Assembly (NCBI GenBank): GCA_045863235.1
Contig: BTUM01000087.1
Location: 1 to 31,104, forward strand
Direction: 5' to 3'
DNA length: 31,104 bases
From: Candidatus Xenobia bacterium
GTDB taxonomy: Bacteria > Vulcanimicrobiota > Xenobia > Xenobiales > QWHO01
The notes under the pieces are model-generated. The model saw nothing but the letters and a program-made list of their open reading frames with translations, was not told where the DNA came from and ran no database searches. Positions 15,493 through 23,196 of the stretch are shown piece after piece; position 1 is the stretch's first letter, and the number at the start of each line of letters is the position of its first letter. The translations under genes and the position numbers were made by a program.

Positions 15493-18120
15493 TTACCCGG
15501 TCGTGCGCAACCCCGAGGCGACTCCCTGGATGGTCAGGCGCAGCAGCGCGTGCAGCTCCTCTTGCTGCTCCGGGGGGGCCTGCTCGAGGCGACGGAACAG
15601 CTCCACCTGAACGAAGTTGAGCGGATCCACGTAGGGGTTACGGATGCGGATGGAGCGCTGGAGCCAGGGCAGATCCTCGAGCAACTCGCCGGTTTCCGTG
15701 ACCGCCAGCACGGCGGCCCGAGTGGCCTCGTGCTCTCGCTTGAGCCTTCCCCAGATGGCCTCGCGCACCTCGCTCTCGGCCAGGCCCGCGTAGAGACGCG
15801 CGATGCCCAGGTCGGACTTGGCCAGGGCCAGCACGCAGTTGTCCATGGTGGCCCGGAAAAACGGCCACCGGGCGTACATCTCGCGCAGCCGGGGCAGCTC
15901 GTCGGGCTGGCCCAGGGCGGTGCCCACGCCGTACCAGGCGGGCAGCAGCACGCGCGCCTGGGTCCAGGAGAAGACCCAGGGGATGGCCCGCAGGTCGCTC
16001 AGAGTGCGGCGCCCCCGCCGACGCGAGGGGCGGGAGCCCAGCTTCAGGTTCTCGATCTCGTTGATGGGCGTGGCGTGGGAGAAGTAGTCCAGGAACAGGG
16101 GGTGCTCGACCAGCTCGCGGTAAGCCTGCATGGAGCGCTCGGACAGGGTCTCGATCAGCTCCAGCCACTCCGGGCGGGGTGGCTCGGCCGGGCGAGCCAT
16201 CACCGAGATCATGCCCCACATGACCTGCTCGAGGTGTCGATAGGCGATGGGGGGATCGTCGTAGCGCTCCGAGAGCACCTCGCCCTGCTCGGTCAGGCGC
16301 AGTCCCCCCCGAGCGATGCCGGGAGGCATGGTCAAGATGCTGCGGGCGGCCGGCCCGCCGCCGCGCCCCAGCGCGCCGCCCCGGCCGTGGAACAGCGTCA
16401 GCTCCACCCCCAGCCGCCCGGCCGCCTCTCCCAGCCTCAACTGGGCCTGGTAGAGGGCCCAGGCGGCGGCCAGGTAACCGCCGTCCTTGACCGAGTCCGA
16501 GTAGCCCACCATCACGATCTGGCGGCGCTCCTTCTGGTGAGCGGCGTAGGCCGGGATGGCCAGAGCTTGCTCGAGGATCTCGGTGGCCCGGTGCAGGTCG
16601 TCGATGGTCTCAAAGAGGGGGATGGTGGGCAGCGCGATGCCCGCCCAGCGCTCGAGGAAGACGGCCGCCAGGAGGTCGGAAGGATGGTGCGTCATGCTGA
16701 TGACGTGCCCGCCCAGTGAAGCCGGCGAAACCCGGGCCAGCCCGCGGAACAGGGCCAGCGTCTCCACGGTCATGGGCGAGGCATTCTCGGGAGCCTCGAG
16801 AGGCTGACCCATGGCCCCGAGCAGAAGCTGGATGCGGCTGGCCTCGTCGGCCTGCTCGTAGCCGGGCAAGAGCTCGGAGAGCACCTCGCTGTAACGCCCC
16901 GACTCCTGGCGGATGTCCAGGCGGCTGAGGTGGAAGCCAAACACCCGCACCTGGTCGAGCCAGGTGGTCAGCTCGGCGTGCTCGATGGGCAGGCCGCTCG
17001 GACTGTGGCCCGCCAGCGACTCCAGGATCAGCTCCAGATCGCGCTCCAACTCGCTGGCCTCGGCATAGCCGCCCTCCTTCCCATCCAGAGCCCGCTCGAG
17101 CTTGAGCTCGACCACCCGCAGCCAGAGCCGATAGGGCTCGTGATGCGAGTAGGGGGCCAGCATATCGGGCCAGAGGGCGCGAGCCTTCTCCAGCTCTTGC
17201 CCGAGGGCGGGAGCGATCCGCACGCGGTAGTCGGAGTGGCTCAGGTAGGGCGCCAGGTCGCGCACCCGGCGCAAGTGTCCGAGCAGCGCCTCGCGCCGGA
17301 GGCGCAAGAGGGTCTCGCGGGTGACCTCCCAGGTGACGTTGGGATTGCCGTCCCGGTCGCCGCCGATCCAGGAGCCGAAATGGAGGATCTTGTGCAGCCG
17401 GAAGGCATGACCCGGATAGTACTCGGCCAGTGCCGAGCGCAGGTCGTGCAACAGCTGGGGCACCACCGTCCAGAGGGTCTGCTGGAAGTAGAGCCCGCGC
17501 TCGACCTCCTCGAGCACCGAGGGAGGGCGCTCCTGGATGGGATCGCTTTGCCACAGGCTGACCAGCTCGCTGAGCAAGCCAGCCTCGAGGCGCTGGCGCT
17601 CGGAATCGAGCAGATCGGCGCTGTCGAGCTGCTTGAGCCGCTCACGCATGCGTCCGAGCTTGCGCCGGATGGTGCGCCGCCTGGCCTCGGTGGGATGGGC
17701 GGTGAAGACCGGCTCGATGTCCAGGTCGTCGAGCAGGCGCTGCACCTCCTGGGGACTCTTGCCCTGCTCGCGAAGGGCGGCCAGGGCGGCGCGAATGGAC
17801 TCGCGCCGGGGAGCAGGGGCCATCTCGCGCTCGCGCTCGCGCAGCACCCGGGCGCGGTGGCGGTCCTCGGACATGTTGGCCAGGTCGAAAAAATGGGCAA
17901 ATGCGCGGCACAGAGCCCAGGTATCCGGCAGCGGCAGCTCGTGCACGACCCGCTCGAGCTCCTGCTCGGCCGCGACATCCCCCTTGCGACGCTCCTTGGA
18001 GAGCAGGCGCACGCGCTCTTCCAGGGCCAGGATGCGCTCGCCCTCCACCCGGGCGATCACCTCTCCGAGCAGCTTGCCCAGCCAGCGGATCTCGTTGCGC
18101 AGCGCCTGGTTATCCGACAA
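15493..18120 (-). CDS. ppc: Phosphoenolpyruvate carboxylase
   Basis: VFTAHPTE, GSWIGGDRDGNP, MVGYSDSVKDGG, FHGRGGALGRGGGP, LRAIPWVFSWTQ. Confidence 0.97.
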   Translation of the reverse strand: MSDNQALRNEIRWLGKLLGEVIARVEGERILALEERVRLLSKERRKGDVAAEQELERVVHELPLPDTWALCRAFAHFFDLANMSEDRHRARVLREREREMAPAPRRESIRAALAALREQGKSPQEVQRLLDDLDIEPVFTAHPTEARRRTIRRKLGRMRERLKQLDSADLLDSERQRLEAGLLSELVSLWQSDPIQERPPSVLEEVERGLYFQQTLWTVVPQLLHDLRSALAEYYPGHAFRLHKILHFGSWIGGDRDGNPNVTWEVTRETLLRLRREALLGHLRRVRDLAPYLSHSDYRVRIAPALGQELEKARALWPDMLAPYSHHEPYRLWLRVVELKLERALDGKEGGYAEASELERDLELILESLAGHSPSGLPIEHAELTTWLDQVRVFGFHLSRLDIRQESGRYSEVLSELLPGYEQADEASRIQLLLGAMGQPLEAPENASPMTVETLALFRGLARVSPASLGGHVISMTHHPSDLLAAVFLERWAGIALPTIPLFETIDDLHRATEILEQALAIPAYAAHQKERRQIVMVGYSDSVKDGGYLAAAWALYQAQLRLGEAAGRLGVELTLFHGRGGALGRGGGPAARSILTMPPGIARGGLRLTEQGEVLSERYDDPPIAYRHLEQVMWGMISVMARPAEPPRPEWLELIETLSERSMQAYRELVEHPLFLDYFSHATPINEIENLKLGSRPSRRRGRRTLSDLRAIPWVFSWTQARVLLPAWYGVGTALGQPDELPRLREMYARWPFFRATMDNCVLALAKSDLGIARLYAGLAESEVREAIWGRLKREHEATRAAVLAVTETGELLEDLPWLQRSIRIRNPYVDPLNFVQVELFRRLEQAPPEQQEELHALLRLTIQGVASGLRTTG

Positions 18121-18568
18121 GCAGCTCCTCCACGCGGCGCCGCCGGTAGTCGAAGATGTGCGCCAGCATGAAGCGCACCGCCAGCTCGTGGGCCAGAACG
18201 CCCAGCAGGCCGAGCGGAAGACGGTAAACCACGGTGTCGAGCATCACCGTCTCGTTGCCGTCGGCCAAAAACTCGTGGGTGTGGTGCCAGAGGGCGTAGG
18301 GACCGCGCTCCTGGCGGTCGACGAAGCGGCGGTTCTGGACGAACTCCTCGATCAGGGTGTGCCAGGTAAAAGGAATGCCGAACAGGCTCAACCGGTACTG
18401 GATGCGCGTGCCTGCCTGAACCACGAATCCGCGCGGGGTGAGGATGCGAAAGCGCAGGAACGGGGGCGTGATGGCCTCCAGGTTGAAGGCGTCGGCAAAG
18501 AACTCGAAGACCTGCTCGAGTGGCAGGGGCAGCCGCTGGATGCGCTCCAGGCGGTAGGTGGGGCTCAT
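18110..18568 (-). CDS. SRPBCC family protein
   Basis: VFEFFADAFNLEAITPPFL..FVDRQERGPYALWHHTHEF..IFDYR. Confidence 0.9.
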   Translation of the reverse strand: MSPTYRLERIQRLPLPLEQVFEFFADAFNLEAITPPFLRFRILTPRGFVVQAGTRIQYRLSLFGIPFTWHTLIEEFVQNRRFVDRQERGPYALWHHTHEFLADGNETVMLDTVVYRLPLGLLGVLAHELAVRFMLAHIFDYRRRRVEELLVG

Positions 18569-18634
18569 CGGGGAGGCTTCACCGGGGTGGGGGTTCTTCC
18601 TGGCCGGCGTTCTCCAGGCAGCGGCGAGGGCGCT

Positions 18635-19831
18635 TCAGGGCCCGTAAGTCGCCTGCATCCAGACGGCGGCGAGCATGATGACCAGCACGACCAGGCATCC
18701 CCACAGGCCGCTGTTGTCCGGGCCGTGCTCCACCTTCAGGCCTTCTCGCAGCAAGCGCGTCTTGAGCTGGCGGCGGTCAGCCTTGAGGTCCTCGTGGCTG
18801 ACAGGTTGTGCCGGCACCTCGAGCCGCTCCGCAAGCTCGTTCACCTCCTGCCGGCGGCCTGTCTGGGGGCCCTGCTTAGCGTAGTCGGACACGCGCACCT
18901 TCCGCGCGTCCTTGAGCACCAGGAACAGGGCATGATGCCATGAGCGCGGCTTTCCCTTACCCTCAGAGCGCTGCACGCCGCTCTCGGTGACGCACTCGAG
19001 ATCGGCAAAGCGAGCCACCGGGCTGGTGGTCTCGGAGCCCAACAGGTTGCGGCAGAGCAGCACCTGCTTGCGCTCGAAATCGAGCAGGTAGTGGACCTGC
19101 ACCCGAAAGCGCACCCAGAGAAGCCCTGAAGTGAGCGCGAATGCGGCCAGGCTGGCCAGCAGGAACTGCAGATCGATGCGGCCCGAGACGATCTTGAAGA
19201 AGAAGACCCCGAGATAAAGCGCGCTCAGCACTCCCAGAGCGCCGGCCACGTTGGTCAGCAGCCGCTCCAGGAAGCTCTCGTACTCCAGCACCTCGCGGCC
19301 ATCGCTGCGCTCGGTCTTCGGCTTCCAGCCCAGCCACGTAAAGTAATCGACCAGCGGGTCGGCCTCTTCCCCCGGTCTGACTTCAGGCTTTGCCGGCCAC
19401 TTGAAGGCGCGCTTCGCGTCGTCGAGGCCAAACGGCTCGCTCGCCTCGAAGCCGGCCAGCAGGGCCAGCGCTCCCAGGTTGATCGCAACCTGCTGGTGGC
19501 GAGGCGTGTCCGGACCGGGCTCGTAGGCATACTCGGGGGCGCGCTCGACGTAGACCAGGCGGTGCTCGCCGTCGTCGAGCAGCAAGTAGTTGTAGTGGTG
19601 CTCCTTGTCGTCGCCTTCCCGGGTGACCCGGTCGAGCTCGAAGCGCTGCAGGCGGTCCAGGGCCAGGCGCACCCGGCTCCCCGCGACATCGGTGCCCTCC
19701 ACCCAGCGCCCGTCGAAGTCAAAGACCAGCTCCTCGGGAACCTGGTAGGCGGCCACGACCACCCGCTGGCCGGCGCGGCGCGCCTCGCAGAAGAAGGCCT
19801 CACGGGCTTGCTCGTGCTCCTGGCTGGTCAC
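18635..19831 (-). CDS. Hypothetical membrane protein
   Basis: 398-aa ORF with a central TM pair and a C-terminal TM; co-oriented with its neighbours. Confidence 0.75.
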   Translation of the reverse strand: MTSQEHEQAREAFFCEARRAGQRVVVAAYQVPEELVFDFDGRWVEGTDVAGSRVRLALDRLQRFELDRVTREGDDKEHHYNYLLLDDGEHRLVYVERAPEYAYEPGPDTPRHQQVAINLGALALLAGFEASEPFGLDDAKRAFKWPAKPEVRPGEEADPLVDYFTWLGWKPKTERSDGREVLEYESFLERLLTNVAGALGVLSALYLGVFFFKIVSGRIDLQFLLASLAAFALTSGLLWVRFRVQVHYLLDFERKQVLLCRNLLGSETTSPVARFADLECVTESGVQRSEGKGKPRSWHHALFLVLKDARKVRVSDYAKQGPQTGRRQEVNELAERLEVPAQPVSHEDLKADRRQLKTRLLREGLKVEHGPDNSGLWGCLVVLVIMLAAVWMQATYGP

Positions 19832-19882
19832 CTGCCAACCTTCTGCTCCCCGGTCAACGGGCCTGCCTGCGAGCGAATGTCC

Positions 19883-20320
19883 TTACTGCTTCGGGATCAG
19901 CGGCGCAAAAAGCGTCATCGCCTGTTGCAGAGTGCCATGCACTGCCTGCAAGCGGACCTCCGCCTGATCGAGCAAGGCCGCTTGATGGGAAGCGCGATAC
20001 TCGCGCACCATGCTCAAGACCTCGTCCATACCGCCCATCAGGCCGGCCACCATGGCCAGAGCGGGACCAGCCAGCAAGCGAAGCGCCTCGGGCATCTCGA
20101 ACTCTTCGAGCTGGCGACGGGCGAGCTGCAGTTTGAAGGTCAGCGCCCGGTCATAGGTCTCCAGCTCCGTGTCGCCCGCCTGGCCCTGGCGCACGGCGCG
20201 CAGCAGCGTGAGCAGCGAGCCGAAGGTGGGGTTGCCCATGTTGACCGGAATGGCTCCTGCCCGGGCTGAGGCCTCGTGCAGGACCTCATCCATCAGCTCG
20301 GAGCGTTCCTCAGGCAGCAT
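19883..20320 (-). CDS. Hypothetical alpha-helical protein, 145 aa (MLPEERSELMDE...)
   Basis: ATG 1 nt after the nuclease stop, AGGGG SD-like sequence. The upstream ORF extension overlaps the nuclease gene. Confidence 0.75.
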   Translation of the reverse strand: MLPEERSELMDEVLHEASARAGAIPVNMGNPTFGSLLTLLRAVRQGQAGDTELETYDRALTFKLQLARRQLEEFEMPEALRLLAGPALAMVAGLMGGMDEVLSMVREYRASHQAALLDQAEVRLQAVHGTLQQAMTLFAPLIPKQ

Positions 20321-20321
20321 C

Positions 20322-21341
20322 TCAGCCCCTGTTTGCGGCCGCCAGCAGGTAATCCTGGGAGGGGTCCTCCTGGCTGGCCAGCTCGCCGCTGCGCAGCCAG
20401 GCCGTGTACCACAGGTCGCGCAGCACCTCGGCCCCACGGGCGATGCGCCCCACGGCCAGCTCCAGCCCCCGCGGGCTTGGCTCGGATGGGCTCAGCTCGC
20501 CGTTCTTCTCGTAGGTGTACAGGTCCCGCACCAGGCTCTGGGACTCGCGCACCAGGCCCAACCCCCATTGCAGCGGGTCGCCTTCCCAGCGGCGCGGCTC
20601 GCTGATGCGCTCGGCCACCGCCTCGCTCTCCACCTGGCGGTCCACCAGCCGGGTCTCGAACTGGCTGTGCAGGCCGGGTTTGGTGCGAAAACCCTCGGGG
20701 TTGGGCTCACGGCTCTCGTCCCAACCGTCGTGGTGCACCGTGGCGTGCAGCGGCTGGGTAGCATCGGCCACGAAGTGGCCCAGCATGCCGGCCGTGTAGA
20801 TGGCATTCTCCTGAAACTGGCGCGTCAGCGGGCTGTCCGGGCCGCTTCGAGCCAGCTCCTTGCGGTACAGCGTGAACTCGGCCACCAGGGTCTCGTACAT
20901 CTCGGCGATCTTGTAGGGCAGCGTGCCGGCCTTCTGGGGCTGGTTGTTGTCCGGCTCGAGCTCTTTGAGCAGCAGGGCGTAGCCGTAGCGATCGCGAGGC
21001 GCCTCGCGGCCCTGCAAGAGCTCGGAGTTCATGTAGTGGTCCACGGCGTTGGCGTTGTTGAGATGGCGCAGGGCCCGGAAGCGCAGCCGGTCGGGATGAG
21101 CCCCCAGCACGCCCAGGCGGTCGGCTGCCTCGCGGAAGAAGGGAGGCATCTCGTCGGGCATGCTCTCAGCCGCCTGGGAGTTGACCAGGAAGTGGCCCTT
21201 GGCCCCCCACATGATGCCCGTCTCATCTTCGGGCGGGGCGCAGCAGGGCTCGAAACGGTCAACGGGGCCGGGCTCGGAGTGAGCGGCCGTCGGCCGGGCT
21301 GCCGCAGACAGAGTCGGTCGCGCGAGGATGGAGTTGATCAC
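20322..21341 (-). CDS. S1/P1 nuclease / Zn-dependent phospholipase C family protein
   Basis: WGAKGH, PD, HYMN, GHFVADATQPLH and LHSQFE Zn-ligand motifs. Confidence 0.88.
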   Translation of the reverse strand: MINSILARPTLSAAARPTAAHSEPGPVDRFEPCCAPPEDETGIMWGAKGHFLVNSQAAESMPDEMPPFFREAADRLGVLGAHPDRLRFRALRHLNNANAVDHYMNSELLQGREAPRDRYGYALLLKELEPDNNQPQKAGTLPYKIAEMYETLVAEFTLYRKELARSGPDSPLTRQFQENAIYTAGMLGHFVADATQPLHATVHHDGWDESREPNPEGFRTKPGLHSQFETRLVDRQVESEAVAERISEPRRWEGDPLQWGLGLVRESQSLVRDLYTYEKNGELSPSEPSPRGLELAVGRIARGAEVLRDLWYTAWLRSGELASQEDPSQDYLLAAANRG

Positions 21342-21347
21342 GCTGGC

Positions 21348-21393
21348 ATTTTAACGGGCCCGAGGCGGGGGTGGGGTTAACCGGAAGTTAACC
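21348..21393 (-). promoter_or_regulatory. Leaderless promoter with a GTTAAC x2 (11-bp period) operator
   Basis: Minus strand GGTTAAC-ttcc-GGTTAAC near the -35 position; TAAAAT-N6-GTG(21341). Confidence 0.6.
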
Positions 21394-21437
21394 TGCGTTC
21401 CGTGCCCCGGGTTTTGCCCGTCCTTCGGGTCAACGCG

Positions 21438-23117
21438 TCAGACCCCCGCGGCTGCGCCTCCGCTACGGAAGTCGCCCGCCCCGTAGAAGATCTGCTCGGA
21501 CTCAGACCACATCACCGCAGCCGAATGACTGCGGTTGGGGCCCTCGAGCACCCGGTGGCCAAGCTGGCGCAGGCCGCGGCGCACGTCCTCGGGGACGGCC
21601 TTCTCGACGTGGGTCTCGTCGGGCAGCCACTGGTGGTGCACCCGGGGAGCGTCCTGGGCCTGGCGCAGGTTGCTCTGATGGTCGATCAGGTTCATCAAGA
21701 TCTGCAGCACCGAGGTGGGGATGCGCGGCCCGCCGGCCGAGCCCAGGGCCAGGTAGGGCTGATCCTCGCGGGCCACGATGACGGGGCAGCTCGAGGAGGC
21801 GGGACGCTTGCCCGGCTCCACCTGGTTGGCCCGCGAGCTCACCAGCCCGAAGGCGTCGGGGGTGCCGGGGCGGCGCGAGAAGTCGTCCATGATGTCGTTC
21901 ATGACGAAACCGGTCCCGGCCGGCACCACCATGCTGCCAAACCAGAGGTTGATCGACTCGGTGGCCACCGCCAGGCCCCCGCGCGCATCGGCGGCCGCGA
22001 AGGAGGCGGTGCCGCCGGTGCCTACAGCGGTGCGCTCGGGGGCGGTGAGGGGCAGGTCGGGCAAAGGGGGCAGGTCGCCCACCGAGCTGGCCTCCTTGGG
22101 GTTGACCAGCACGTGCAGCTCGGCGATGCGGGCCGGATCGAGCATGGCCTCGACCGGCACCGGAAAGAAGGCCGGGTCGGCCACCCAGGTGGAGCGCTCG
22201 GCGAAGGCAATCTTCATGGCCTCGGCCTGCAGGTGATAGGTCTGCGAGGAGCCCATGCGCGAGGGCGAGAAACGGAAAGGCTCCAGGATGCCCAGCATCT
22301 GCAAGAGCTGGATGCCTCCCCCCGAGGGCGGGGGAAGCACGTAGATCTCCTGCCCGCGGTAGACTCCGCTCAGGGGCTCGCGCCAGATGGGCTGGTAAGC
22401 GCTCAGGTCCTCGGCCGACAGGATGCCTCCCGAGCGCTTCATCTCGCGCACCATCAGCTCGGCCGTCTCGCCTTCGTAGAAATCGCGCCAACCTTTCTGG
22501 GCCAAGCGCCGGTAGGTCCGGGCCAGGTCCGGCTGGCGCAGCACGTCGCCCGGGCGGGGGCCTTCGCGGGAGGGGCCCAGAAAGATGCGGGCCGCTTCCT
22601 TGTAGATGGAGATCAGCTTGCGCCGGGCCAGCAGGATGCGCCGCAGGTTGGGATAGTAGGCAAAGCCCTTCTCGGCCAGCTCGATGCCGGGCGCCAGGGC
22701 GCGCTCCATCGAGATGGTGCCGAAGCGCTCGAGCAAGGCGGCCAGGCCGGCCATGGTGCCTGGCACTCCGATGGCCAGCGGGCCGCGGGCGCTGGCCTGG
22801 GCCCGAGCGCTGTACATGCCTGGATAGGCGGCTCCGGGAGCGGTCTCGCGGTAGTCGAGCACGACCGGGCGCTCCATCTCGGGCAGCCAGACCATCATGA
22901 AGCCGCCCCCGCCGATGCCGGTGTATTGGGGGCAGAGCACGCCAAGCGTGAGAGACAAGGTGACAGCGGCGTCCACCGCGTTGCCCCCCCCGGCCAGTAC
23001 CTCGGCTGCCGCCGTGGCCGCTTGCGGATGGTCGCAGGCCGTCATCCCTCGGGTTCCCCAGTTGGGGTAAGGCGCCTCGAAAACCGGAGGCGACATCGAG
23101 CGACGGCGCAGTTCCAT
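21438..23117 (-). CDS. ggt: Gamma-glutamyltransferase, no signal peptide
   Basis: GGNAVDAAV, GIGGGGF, DYRETAP, GVPGT, nucleophile GGT-ASF, MDDFS, PGKRPASS, GSAGGPRI, PRVHHQWLPD. Confidence 0.93.
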   Translation of the reverse strand: MELRRRSMSPPVFEAPYPNWGTRGMTACDHPQAATAAAEVLAGGGNAVDAAVTLSLTLGVLCPQYTGIGGGGFMMVWLPEMERPVVLDYRETAPGAAYPGMYSARAQASARGPLAIGVPGTMAGLAALLERFGTISMERALAPGIELAEKGFAYYPNLRRILLARRKLISIYKEAARIFLGPSREGPRPGDVLRQPDLARTYRRLAQKGWRDFYEGETAELMVREMKRSGGILSAEDLSAYQPIWREPLSGVYRGQEIYVLPPPSGGGIQLLQMLGILEPFRFSPSRMGSSQTYHLQAEAMKIAFAERSTWVADPAFFPVPVEAMLDPARIAELHVLVNPKEASSVGDLPPLPDLPLTAPERTAVGTGGTASFAAADARGGLAVATESINLWFGSMVVPAGTGFVMNDIMDDFSRRPGTPDAFGLVSSRANQVEPGKRPASSSCPVIVAREDQPYLALGSAGGPRIPTSVLQILMNLIDHQSNLRQAQDAPRVHHQWLPDETHVEKAVPEDVRRGLRQLGHRVLEGPNRSHSAAVMWSESEQIFYGAGDFRSGGAAAGV

Positions 23118-23196
23118 GCAGGTGGGTATGCTTCGGGACCACCTCCCGGGTTCCCCCTGGAACAGGAATTCCCGTGCTGTCGCCTAAGGGCGGCGC

